From a virus (lineage: Duplodnaviria > Caudoviricetes): a DNA stretch of 25,797 bases. Position 1 is the stretch's first letter, and every line of letters starts with the position of its first letter. The stretch is from the IMG/VR virus record IMGVR_UViG_3300022223_000285. One strand, written 5' to 3'. The position numbers and the translations under genes were made by a program. Below are positions 1 through 8,536 of the stretch, in pieces. Below the pieces are notes generated by a model. The model ran no database searches and was not told where the DNA came from. It saw nothing but the letters and a program-made list of their open reading frames with translations.

Positions 1-339
1 CATCACCGCTGCCTGGTTCACCAGATGCGGGCGGTGCATCTTGCCGGCGGGCGCGGCCCGGGCCAGCAATGCATCGCGGCGCTCGTCCAGGGTGCCCGGT
101 GCATCGCCACAACTGTCCGGCAAACCATAAAACTGTTCCCAGGCATCGATCGTATTCGTAACAGTGAGCGGATCCATCTCGTCCAGCAGCGCCTCGGCAT
201 CGGTATCGATGCGTGCAAACTCCTGGACAATACCCTCCAGCAAATCGGAAAACGTCGAGCCAATGCGCGCCAGCGATTGCCACAACTTGCCGCGTGGCAG
301 CAGCGCTTTGGCCTGGCTCAGATACTGTGCGGCGCTCAT
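1..339 (-). CDS. Baseplate/tail protein, Mu gp48 / YmfQ (DUF2313) family; 3' end runs off the window
   Basis: Not in the ORF track. My translation from the ATG at 339 (ATGA overlap with the gp47 stop) is MSAAQYLSQAKALLPRGKLWQS...EMDPLTVTNTIDAWEQFYGLPDSC. The LLPxG.W and WE..GLP motifs and the position after gp47 fit this family. Confidence 0.85.
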   Translation of the reverse strand, partial: MSAAQYLSQAKALLPRGKLWQSLARIGSTFSDLLEGIVQEFARIDTDAEALLDEMDPLTVTNTIDAWEQFYGLPDSCGDAPGTLDERRDALLARAAPAGKMHRPHLVNQAAVM

Positions 340-1388
340 GACCATGTGATAACTCCGAGCACGCCGATCTGGCTGACTGTGTGAGTCAAGTCCGCGGCCG
401 GCACGGTAAGCGTGTGATCGGTCTCACCGGCGGCGAGCGATATCGCCTCATCAATATGCGACAGCAGTATGGTGCCGCCGGGCTCGGCTTCGCGGCGGAA
501 CAAATCCGCCAACTCGGCTTGCACGGCAGCCTGCACGGCCACAGTGTTCGGCGTGACACTGATGGTCATGTTGCGTACTACCGCAACCGGTGCCGCTGCT
601 GTTGGTGTAATGCCGGCCGGTGCTTCGGCATCGAGCTTGGCCTGCACGGCGGTCACGTCCGCTGCAAGCGGGATGCCGTTGGCGTAGGTGTCATCCATCA
701 TAAACCGCATTTTGACTTTGCCATCGCCGTCCTCAAGCGGATAACTCCATGCGCGCGTGACCCCAGCCACCTCCAGCGCCCAGGACACATAGTCATCTTT
801 CTTTCCGCCGGCCGGTGCGGCGGCGACGTATTGCCGCAAGCGTTCAAGCAGCTGCGCATTGGTCTCCTGGTCGGTGCCGCCGGTTAGTCCGCCCGCGGCC
901 ACGGTGGCTTGGCTGTTCACGCCCGCAATCGGGCTGGTCAGGGTCAATGTCACACCGGCCGCTTGATCGTTGATGCCGCCCTCGACGGCGGTGACAACAA
1001 TATCCACGGTACCGGCGGCCAGAGTGCCATCGGCGTTGGTCGTATAGGCCGTGCCATCGGCTGCATGCACTTCGGTACCAGCCAGGATGGTGGCAGATGC
1101 GCCACCGGTGAATGTCACCGTGCCGGTGCTCTTGGCTGCAGACTTCTTAACCATGCCACCGCCTTTCCAGTAGGCATGGCGTTCGAGCATGGCGCTGTCG
1201 GCCGTGTCGGGCAGGATCTGCTTTGCCGTGTGCGCAATGTAGCCATACAGGCCATGCGCCACGCCGGCCACGGCGCGGCCAATGGCAGTGAGCAGCGCAC
1301 GGGTCAGCAGCTTGGTGCCGCCGGTGACCTTGGTGCTGATATCGTTGCCGATGCGGTCTATGAGTGCGGTTAGGGTTGGTCGTGCCAC
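336..1388 (-). CDS. Baseplate J-like wedge protein (Mu gp47 family)
   Basis: 350 aa with N-terminal RPTL, PDTAD..L.RH, GGTDQETNAQL..RL and DYVSWALEVAGVTRAW motifs; synteny. Confidence 0.93.
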   Translation of the reverse strand: MARPTLTALIDRIGNDISTKVTGGTKLLTRALLTAIGRAVAGVAHGLYGYIAHTAKQILPDTADSAMLERHAYWKGGGMVKKSAAKSTGTVTFTGGASATILAGTEVHAADGTAYTTNADGTLAAGTVDIVVTAVEGGINDQAAGVTLTLTSPIAGVNSQATVAAGGLTGGTDQETNAQLLERLRQYVAAAPAGGKKDDYVSWALEVAGVTRAWSYPLEDGDGKVKMRFMMDDTYANGIPLAADVTAVQAKLDAEAPAGITPTAAAPVAVVRNMTISVTPNTVAVQAAVQAELADLFRREAEPGGTILLSHIDEAISLAAGETDHTLTVPAADLTHTVSQIGVLGVITWS

Positions 1389-1389
1389 A

Positions 1390-3165
1390 TCACACCTCGT
1401 ATGTGTTCGAGTAATAAATAGAATCGTCCGGCAGCGTGATGGCCACCGTCACGCCGATGCCATCGCTGCGGATCCGCGCGGTGCTGCAGTCGACCGCTTT
1501 GGCCAGCCCGGCAGGCACCATCCAGCGCAGCGCCTCGATCGCATACTCGCGCGCCTTGCGCAGGGTCTCGTCTGTGATCTTGCTGCGGTCAAGCAGCCAC
1601 AGCTTGCTGCCGATGGGTTCATCGAGATACGTGTCGGCCCAGTGGCCGCGCTTGTCGTGCGGGTCATCGAGCAGGCTTTCGTCATCAACACGCGCATCGG
1701 TAAACAGTGAGATCAAGATCGCTTCGTCCAGGCCATCGCTTGTCGCCAGGTCATCGCTCTCGCTCGGCAGCTCAGTCTCGCCGGTGATGACCCATTCCGG
1801 TGATCCAACAAAGGTGCCCACATGACCGTTGCCGGATGTGTCGGCCGTGGTCGTGCCGTAACCCTCCTCAATCGGCATGTGCAATACCAGCCCGGTCTCA
1901 TCCAAGTACTGGCCGGCGTAGCGCTCGGCCACTTCCTCGGGTGTGAGTAGGCGGTTGTATAAGCGCGCCGCATGCACAACATTATCGCCTGCCACATAGG
2001 CTTGCCCGATGCGCAGATCAGATGCTGAATTGATTGAGCCGGATTTTGCGGATATATCAAAGGATCCGGTTTCGACGCCGTTGATGTAACCGCGCACCAG
2101 ACCATCGCGATCGAATGTTGCGACCAGGTGCAATCGCTCATGAAGCTCGATTGCGCCGTTCGGTGATATGTTGCCCTCAACGAATGCGACCGTATCGCCA
2201 ATCAGTGCCCTCAATGCTCTCGAGCTGTTCACGCCAAAACGGAAACCAGACAGGCCGGCGCTGGCACCTTTATTTATAATGGCCTTGCTGTCGACAACAT
2301 CATAAACAGTCAGGATGGTTTCAATACTGAAATCACCGATATCAAAGTCCAGCGTCGGATGGGTTGCGACTGAAAGATAGTGATAGTTTGCCGTTCTGCT
2401 AACACGCAAACCAAACTCCGGCTTGGTCAGTCGGCGCTTCTCGGTGCCGGTGTAAATCCAAGAAGGCGCGCCAACAAAACTGCCGATATGACCATTGCCG
2501 GATTGGTCGTAGGTCTTTGTACCTTGGCCCTCGCGAAATGGCAGCCAGAGTTCCAGCCCGGCGTTGTTGCTGTATACGCCTGCTGCGTGTTCGGCGGCTT
2601 CGGTGGCATCGATGACACGGCTGTACATTCGGACGCCGAAGTAATCACCGTTATATGCAGCACTTTGGTGAGTGCCAATTCTCAGTTCATTGGTGTTGCC
2701 GATATCGCCAATCAGGCTGATATCAGTATCGAGCGTGTGCTGCCCGTCCACGTATTGGCTCAAGATACCTGCAGCGCGATCAATAACCCATAGAATTTTA
2801 TACCGCACACCACGTTTGAGAAGGTGCGACCTGTTCAATCGGGTTGTGCCATCATGCAAATAGAACCCGGTTGGCACATCAAGATTCGGATCCAGTTGAT
2901 AGCACGCGATACCATACCCACTAACTAGCCAGGCATCCCCCTTGCCAAGCATCCACATGGGGTTCACGCCATGCGGGTGCATGATATCGATCTCAACAGA
3001 AAAATCGGTGAGACCATGCCTGAGATTCGGGTGGTCAGGAATGTTGACATAATCCAAGCCATCCAAGCCCGTGAACCGGAGACCATACGTCGGCACTTCC
3101 ACCTCGCGGCGCAGTACGTCGATATCAAATTCCCCGTGGCTGTCTTGTTTGATTGCAATGTCCAT
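1390..3165 (-). CDS. Mu gp46-like baseplate protein with two inserted LamG/ConA-like beta-sandwich domains
   Basis: The N-terminal MDIAI..GEFDI and the C-terminal ~120 aa (DL..DGL..AILISLFTDAR...RGHWAD...IGSKLWLL.RSK...AREYA.EALRW) are typical of gp46. The middle holds two LamG-like repeats (HLVATFD...YING, LRIG, RLYNR.L...E, D.SGNGH.G). Confidence 0.85.
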   Translation of the reverse strand: MDIAIKQDSHGEFDIDVLRREVEVPTYGLRFTGLDGLDYVNIPDHPNLRHGLTDFSVEIDIMHPHGVNPMWMLGKGDAWLVSGYGIACYQLDPNLDVPTGFYLHDGTTRLNRSHLLKRGVRYKILWVIDRAAGILSQYVDGQHTLDTDISLIGDIGNTNELRIGTHQSAAYNGDYFGVRMYSRVIDATEAAEHAAGVYSNNAGLELWLPFREGQGTKTYDQSGNGHIGSFVGAPSWIYTGTEKRRLTKPEFGLRVSRTANYHYLSVATHPTLDFDIGDFSIETILTVYDVVDSKAIINKGASAGLSGFRFGVNSSRALRALIGDTVAFVEGNISPNGAIELHERLHLVATFDRDGLVRGYINGVETGSFDISAKSGSINSASDLRIGQAYVAGDNVVHAARLYNRLLTPEEVAERYAGQYLDETGLVLHMPIEEGYGTTTADTSGNGHVGTFVGSPEWVITGETELPSESDDLATSDGLDEAILISLFTDARVDDESLLDDPHDKRGHWADTYLDEPIGSKLWLLDRSKITDETLRKAREYAIEALRWMVPAGLAKAVDCSTARIRSDGIGVTVAITLPDDSIYYSNTYEV

Positions 3166-3413
3166 TAGGTAATCGTTCCTGTGCCTGTGCCCGGCCCGGA
3201 TACGCCCGCGCCAACAGTGACGCCGCTCACGCTGGTCACGGACACGGCAACTTCAGCGTTGGTGTTGATCTCATCGATGATGCCCTGGCACATCGCCTCC
3301 ATGAGCTGCGTGCGATAGGCGGCCAGCTCGGCCGGGTTGCTGCTCTGGATATGCGCCAGCGCATCGACGTTGGCGATGATCTTGGCGGCCATGCTTTGTT
3401 TTGTCATCGCCAT
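3165..3413 (-). CDS. Small baseplate-region protein (82 aa) with a Gly/Thr/Val-rich C-terminus
   Basis: The likely start is the ATG at 3413 (TGATG overlap with the gp45 stop) rather than 3479. The stop overlaps the gp46 start. Confidence 0.7.
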   Translation of the reverse strand: MAMTKQSMAAKIIANVDALAHIQSSNPAELAAYRTQLMEAMCQGIIDEINTNAEVAVSVTSVSGVTVGAGVSGPGTGTGTIT

Positions 3414-3976
3414 CAGACTGTCGCCTTTACGTTGCTTGACACTTGCGGATGTGGTGCGCCGGTATAGGCGCACATGCATTGCCCCTGGACAATGCCTTGC
3501 AGCGCATCGCTGCTATCGCCGTCTAGGTTGATCATGCCGGTGGCGTTAATGTCCACAGTGCCGCCGGCGTTGACCGTTGCATCGCCCTCGCTGTTCACCG
3601 TGACCTTCTTCGCGTTGACCTCAATGCCATCGCGCTTGATATGGATGTTTTGCCCCTGGTCGTCGTATAGCGCGACTTCGCCCTTCTCCAGCGACTTCAG
3701 GCGGTAGGGTTTGCCATCAACCAGGATCACCACGGTATGGCTGCGCTCGCCACCTAAAGATAAAAACACCGCCTCACTGCCATCCGGTGCATTGGCAGTG
3801 AAGCCATAGGGCTCAAAATGCTCAACATCATCAATGGTCGATTCCGGCCCCACTTGCACCTGCATGGTCTGGCGCTTGGTGTCGCTATTGGTCAGCAGCA
3901 CCATGCCGCGGCCGGCCAGCAGGCGAATCCGCCGACTCAGCGGCTGCAGCAGTTTTTGCAAGGCGCGCAAGTTCAT
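3413..3976 (-). CDS. Baseplate central spike / assembly protein V (Mu gp45 family)
   Basis: EHFEPYGFTA, GGERSH.VV and L..GEVALYDDQG motifs; follows the hub gene. Confidence 0.9.
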   Translation of the reverse strand: MNLRALQKLLQPLSRRIRLLAGRGMVLLTNSDTKRQTMQVQVGPESTIDDVEHFEPYGFTANAPDGSEAVFLSLGGERSHTVVILVDGKPYRLKSLEKGEVALYDDQGQNIHIKRDGIEVNAKKVTVNSEGDATVNAGGTVDINATGMINLDGDSSDALQGIVQGQCMCAYTGAPHPQVSSNVKATV

Positions 3977-5019
3977 AGCAGTGATTCCCCGGTGGGTTCC
4001 GGTATCGGCACCACGTCAAATACTTCCGGCCGTGCCAGGCTCAGCTGCGTCGTTGTGCCACCCTCATCCTGGCTGCGGGTGGCGCTGGCAATCAGCAGCT
4101 CGGCATCAATGCCCAGCCATCGATCACGCACCACCACCCGCTTGTTGGGCATCCACAGTGCGCCGCCACTATGGCGCGCACCCTGCACGGTAATGTTGGC
4201 GCGCTGACTTTTTCCCAGGCGCATGTTGCGCTCATGCTTTGCACGGTCGGCGCAATCGCCGCCATCGGCCTGGTCTTCGGCCAATACCACCAGCGTGCGG
4301 TGCCGGCCCACTTGTTCATCCGTCACCTGGTACTTGCGGCTCACGCTGTCGCTCGCCGTGGTGTTATCGGTGCCGGCATGCTGGCCTTGCACCAGGTAGG
4401 TTTTGTATCGATCACGCATGCTGCGGGTGAGCTCACCGGCCAGGATGTTCTTCCCCAGCACCAGCGCCTCCGGCACCACTTCCGTGCCGGCACGGGTAAA
4501 AACAATGCCGCCGGCGTTATCACTCATCACAAACACGCCGCGCATGCGCGCCATGCGACTGATGGCTTCAAACACGGTTTCCGAATCATTCAGCTGAAAA
4601 TGGGCAAATGCCTTGAGTGAGCCCACCGCGCTGGCAACAGTCACGCCATACGGTTTGCAGATATCGGCAGCAATTTGCATCGGCGCCTTGTTTTTCCAGC
4701 CACCGGTTTTGTGTATGGCGCTGCAATCCACCAGGTCACCGGATCTATCCCGGCCGGTGATGCGCACCTCGTGGCTGCGTGCATCATGGCTAGGGATCAC
4801 ATCATCGACATAGCCAGTCAGTGCCAGCTCTTCATCAATGTATACGCTGCACTCATCACCCGGGTTGATCGGCCGGGTGACCGGCTGCTCCGGCCAGCGC
4901 TCGGTCAGGGTCAGATCAAAGCTGCCGGCCAGTTGCTCGATGCCGGCAGTTACGCTGGCGCGCTTCCAGCCGCTGTACTGCTTGCCGCCTACCTCCAGCA
5001 CAAACGCATTGCTAGGCAT
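3973..5019 (-). CDS. Baseplate hub protein (Mu gp44/P family)
   Basis: GW..SV...IEQLAGSF, TGYVD, GRD..GDLVDCS, G.NIL and W.PN..V motifs; 348 aa. Confidence 0.92.
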   Translation of the reverse strand: MPSNAFVLEVGGKQYSGWKRASVTAGIEQLAGSFDLTLTERWPEQPVTRPINPGDECSVYIDEELALTGYVDDVIPSHDARSHEVRITGRDRSGDLVDCSAIHKTGGWKNKAPMQIAADICKPYGVTVASAVGSLKAFAHFQLNDSETVFEAISRMARMRGVFVMSDNAGGIVFTRAGTEVVPEALVLGKNILAGELTRSMRDRYKTYLVQGQHAGTDNTTASDSVSRKYQVTDEQVGRHRTLVVLAEDQADGGDCADRAKHERNMRLGKSQRANITVQGARHSGGALWMPNKRVVVRDRWLGIDAELLIASATRSQDEGGTTTQLSLARPEVFDVVPIPEPTGESLL

Positions 5020-6220
5020 TCAGCACCTCCAGCGGTTCGCCGGCAGGCAAAAAGCCCGGCCGCGCCACATGGTTGCGCGCCACAATCTCATCGCCACGCT
5101 CGGCATCACCGTAGAGATCCCAGGCCAGCACCACGGCAGGCACATAGTGGTTGAGCGTATGGCTTACGATCTGCGGCAGCTTGGCCGCACGGGTGTTGAG
5201 ATCTTCCACCACCGCATGGCGCAGCGCGCTCAGCGCGTCATACTCGCCATCATCGGCTGGCAGCCCGGTCACCGGGTCGGTGTAGTTCGCCAGGCTATCC
5301 ATGGCAGCCAGCAGCCAATCACGCGCAGCCAGTGCCTCCGCGCTGCTATCAAACGGGATTTGTGAGCTCACACGCGCGGCGCCGGCCACGGCTGCCACCT
5401 TGACCAGGTGCACCAGCTGCTGCTGGCTGCGCACCAGGGTCTGCGCCGCGGCCGTATTCGCCGCCGGTGCAGCAACAGAAAAATCAAATAGCGTTTCATA
5501 TACCTGCAGGCTATTTGCTACGTTGCCCGGCAGGCTCTCTAATGCCGCCACCAGGCTGGTGATATTGGTGGCCAGTGCGGCCGGTGTTTGCAGCAGCCCG
5601 GTCAGCTCGTTTTCAAATCGAGTGATGGCGCCGGTAAAATCGGCAACAGCATTGCCCGGCCCGGCAATCATGCCTTGCACCTGGTTGAGCTGGCTGGTGA
5701 AGCTGTTGAGCGTGTCGGTCACGCCCAGGCTCACCCATCCCGGTTGGCCATCTATATCAAAGTTATCGGCCAGCTCGTTTTCTGCGGCAGTGGCCAAACC
5801 GCCGGCGGCCGATTGTGTTTGCTTGTCCGTGGCCGTGGTCGCGCTGGGCTCGCTACGGTTGCCGGCCTCGGTGAACGTAATCGAAAACACCGCCATGCGG
5901 CCCTGCCGGGTGGTCTCGCGCACCCGGGCAGCAGTCACAGACACATTGCGCGCACCATAGCGTGGATGAATCAGCTCGCCCGGGCCCTCGGCATCCAGCG
6001 CCGCCTCCAGGGCATCGCGCTGCGCCATGTAATCGTCACCAATCACATAGGCTTCAATGCTGAAGGTTTTGGCCTTGCGGCCGAGATCTTCCACATAGGG
6101 CAGATCCCGGTCAGGATACTCGTGCAGGTGGTTGCGGCGGCCGAGCTCGGTGTCTGTTTCCTCGTACCGAAACGCCACGCCCCGAAACGAGGCCGGCCGT
6201 AATTGATCGCGCCAGCTCAT
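5012..6220 (-). CDS. DNA circularization / tail tube initiator protein (Mu gp43/N family)
   Basis: MSWRDQLRPASFRGV.F, HEYP.RD...EDLG and G.L.HP.YG motifs, plus a C-terminal LysM-like LA..LYGD..R..EI..RN segment. Confidence 0.93.
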   Translation of the reverse strand: MSWRDQLRPASFRGVAFRYEETDTELGRRNHLHEYPDRDLPYVEDLGRKAKTFSIEAYVIGDDYMAQRDALEAALDAEGPGELIHPRYGARNVSVTAARVRETTRQGRMAVFSITFTEAGNRSEPSATTATDKQTQSAAGGLATAAENELADNFDIDGQPGWVSLGVTDTLNSFTSQLNQVQGMIAGPGNAVADFTGAITRFENELTGLLQTPAALATNITSLVAALESLPGNVANSLQVYETLFDFSVAAPAANTAAAQTLVRSQQQLVHLVKVAAVAGAARVSSQIPFDSSAEALAARDWLLAAMDSLANYTDPVTGLPADDGEYDALSALRHAVVEDLNTRAAKLPQIVSHTLNHYVPAVVLAWDLYGDAERGDEIVARNHVARPGFLPAGEPLEVLNA

Positions 6221-7716
6221 AGCGCCGCCCCGATCAGGCCGGTGTCAACGTCCAGCGCCACATCACGGTTGTTGCTTTGCACGTCTTTCACCCGGGCGCG
6301 GCCTTCGCTGTCCACCTGGATCTTGATGGTGCCGTTTACATTGTTATTGCCCGCGCGGTTGATGGTGGGCGCTGGCTGCATGGCCTTGGCCGCCATGTTG
6401 ATGGCCATGCCTGCGCCGGTAAACTTCATCCAGGTTGGCATGGCGCCGCTGATCTTGCCGATGGTGTCTTTAATACCTATCCACAGATCAGAGAAAAAGG
6501 TTTTAACCGCGCCCCAGTTTTTGATAATCAAATACGCGCCACCCACCAGCGCGGCCACTGCGGCGCCGATGGGGTTGACCATAATCGCGGCGCCGATGAG
6601 CTTGATGCCGGCGACCACGCCCGGGATGGCCGCGCCCAGTCCCCACAATGACTTACCCAGCATTACCACCGACAGCACCAGCTTGCCGCCCAGGATTGCC
6701 GCCACCGCAAAGCCTAGATTTTCCCAGCCACCCAGCAGGTTTGCCACCCAGCCAATCACCGTGCCCAGGCCCTTCATCACGCCCCACAATCCCTGGCCAA
6801 TGCTCCACATGGCTTTTAGCCCGTTGATCAACTTGCCGCCAATAACATCGGCCAGCTTCTGCAGTTCGCCGTTTTCGCCCATCTTGTCCAGCGTGCTCAG
6901 CAATCCGCCCAGCTTACTCTTGAGAAAATCAAACACGCCCGACTGCATCACCAGGATCTTGAAGCGATACCACTGATCGCCCAGGTTGCTCATCATGCCG
7001 TTCCAGCTCTTCATCTGTTTCAGCGAGGCGCCGGCGGCATCACGGCCCATCTCATCCATCAGCAGCTTGATCGCCTTGCGGCCCAGCTGGCCCTTGGCGC
7101 TCATTTTGTTCAGTTCCTGGGAGGTTTTGCCGGTGACCTTGCTGAGCAGATCCCACACCGGCACACCGCGCTCGACCAGCTGCAATATCTCTTCGCCTTG
7201 CAGTTTTTCTTTGGCCCAGGCCTGCCCCAGCGCCATAGTGATGCCGGTGAGCTTTTCCTGGCCGCCGCCGAGTTTGTTGCTCATATCAAACACCGCCTGC
7301 ATGCCACCGTTCACCGGATCCAGGCCAAAGGATTTAAATTTGGAATACACATCAATAACCTCGCCGATCTGGCTGGGCACCTTGGTGGCAAAATTATTGA
7401 TCCAGCCAAGCGCCTGCTTACCCTTCTCGCTGGAGCCTTCCAGCGCCTCCAGCTGAATGCTGAATTTTTCAAACTCGGCGGCGGTATCAATGAGCTCACG
7501 TTTAAATAACCAGGTGGCGCCGGCGCCGGTAATACCCAGCGCGCCCAGGCGCCGGGTGAGGATCCCGGCCTGGCTGTTCATGGCCATCCATCGGTGGCTC
7601 ACTTCTTTCCCGGCAGCGCCAACAGGCAGCAGGCTCTTGTGCACCTTGCGCGATACAGCCGTCATCCTGTCGATGCCCTGGAAAATGATGCCGATTTTAT
7701 TATTAAGCATTGCCAT
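6217..7716 (-). CDS. Tape measure protein (499 aa)
   Basis: Tape-measure motif LGQ..AK.KLQGEE..QL.ERG.P, an Ala/Gly-rich hydrophobic segment with NPIG...IIKNW, and position after the chaperone gene. Confidence 0.9.
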   Translation of the reverse strand: MAMLNNKIGIIFQGIDRMTAVSRKVHKSLLPVGAAGKEVSHRWMAMNSQAGILTRRLGALGITGAGATWLFKRELIDTAAEFEKFSIQLEALEGSSEKGKQALGWINNFATKVPSQIGEVIDVYSKFKSFGLDPVNGGMQAVFDMSNKLGGGQEKLTGITMALGQAWAKEKLQGEEILQLVERGVPVWDLLSKVTGKTSQELNKMSAKGQLGRKAIKLLMDEMGRDAAGASLKQMKSWNGMMSNLGDQWYRFKILVMQSGVFDFLKSKLGGLLSTLDKMGENGELQKLADVIGGKLINGLKAMWSIGQGLWGVMKGLGTVIGWVANLLGGWENLGFAVAAILGGKLVLSVVMLGKSLWGLGAAIPGVVAGIKLIGAAIMVNPIGAAVAALVGGAYLIIKNWGAVKTFFSDLWIGIKDTIGKISGAMPTWMKFTGAGMAINMAAKAMQPAPTINRAGNNNVNGTIKIQVDSEGRARVKDVQSNNRDVALDVDTGLIGAAL

Positions 7717-7861
7717 CCTCGGGCGGGTTAGGGTTCAGTCTCATTGCCTGTGCATGCCATCGCAAAAACCGGCGGACCGTCATGGCTTGCCACTCTGCAT
7801 GGGTGAAGCTAAAGGTTGCCGCTGCGTCCGCCAGCTGCTCAAACCAGTTGCTGCCTAACCC
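7703..7861 (-). CDS. -1 frame extension of the tail assembly chaperone (GT / P2 gpE'-like)
   Basis: Open -1 frame GLGSNWFEQLADAAATFSFTHAEWQAMTVRRFLRWHAQAMRLNPNPPEDGNA* bridging the chaperone stop and the tape measure start, with no start codon at its 5' end. Confidence 0.7.
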   Translation of the reverse strand, partial: GLGSNWFEQLADAAATFSFTHAEWQAMTVRRFLRWHAQAMRLNPNPPEDGNA

Positions 7862-8148
7862 ATTACATACTCCCCCACTGCGCCCACCATTCTCATCACG
7901 TCCTTCACGTGCGCCTTTTTCAGGTCTGATGGTGCCCAGCCCAGCAGGTGCGCGATGAGCGCCTTGATGATCACAATCCGGTTGGAGGATTCGATATCAC
8001 CCATCACGTCCAGATCATCAACAGTCGGCTCACGAATAATAATGTGCGTGATCTCTTTGCCGGCCACGGTCACTGGCTTGCGCAGATCCATATCCAGCAG
8101 GATCTCTCGATCATTTTCGACGGCTTTGTCATCCACCTTTTTGCTCAT
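7855..8148 (-). CDS. Tail assembly chaperone (Mu gp41 / FluMu gp41-like)
   Basis: L.KPV...G.EI....IREPTV.DL motif; lies between tube and tape measure. Confidence 0.85.
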   Translation of the reverse strand: MSKKVDDKAVENDREILLDMDLRKPVTVAGKEITHIIIREPTVDDLDVMGDIESSNRIVIIKALIAHLLGWAPSDLKKAHVKDVMRMVGAVGEYVMG

Positions 8149-8151
8149 GGC

Positions 8152-8511
8152 TTAATTCTCCTCAAATCGTGAGCCTACCCACTTGGTTTCCAGTTCACCG
8201 CTGTCCGATGACAGGTCACCACCAAGCGCCTGGTGAGCTTCATGCAGCACCAGGGTCTTGCCGTTGTCACCTTCAAACGTGATCACCGCATCCTTGGCCG
8301 CCAGCAGTTCCATGATATTGAGATCCGCGGTCACCAGCACCGTGGTCTCCACAAATGGCGCCAGCAGCTCCTCGCTGTGATCAATGCCGGCATCACCGAT
8401 CACTTCATTTCTCTGCATGCCGGCAATATTGCCGGCTTTACTGCTGCCCTTCTTGGTACGCAACAGCATGCCGTTCCAGTGTATAAAGGCGCGCCCCAGT
8501 ATTTGTGCCAT
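8152..8511 (-). CDS. Tail tube protein (Mu gp40/M family)
   Basis: 119 aa, G.AFI..NG..L and R.EVIG motifs; directly downstream of the sheath gene; GGAGG RBS. Confidence 0.85.
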   Translation of the reverse strand: MAQILGRAFIHWNGMLLRTKKGSSKAGNIAGMQRNEVIGDAGIDHSEELLAPFVETTVLVTADLNIMELLAAKDAVITFEGDNGKTLVLHEAHQALGGDLSSDSGELETKWVGSRFEEN

Positions 8512-8536
8512 GATGGTTTCCTCCTGGCGTAATTAA

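Noticed and set aside
18-263. 81-aa minus-strand ORF in the track
   Set aside because: Wrong frame; the gp48-like gene starting at 339 occupies this region.
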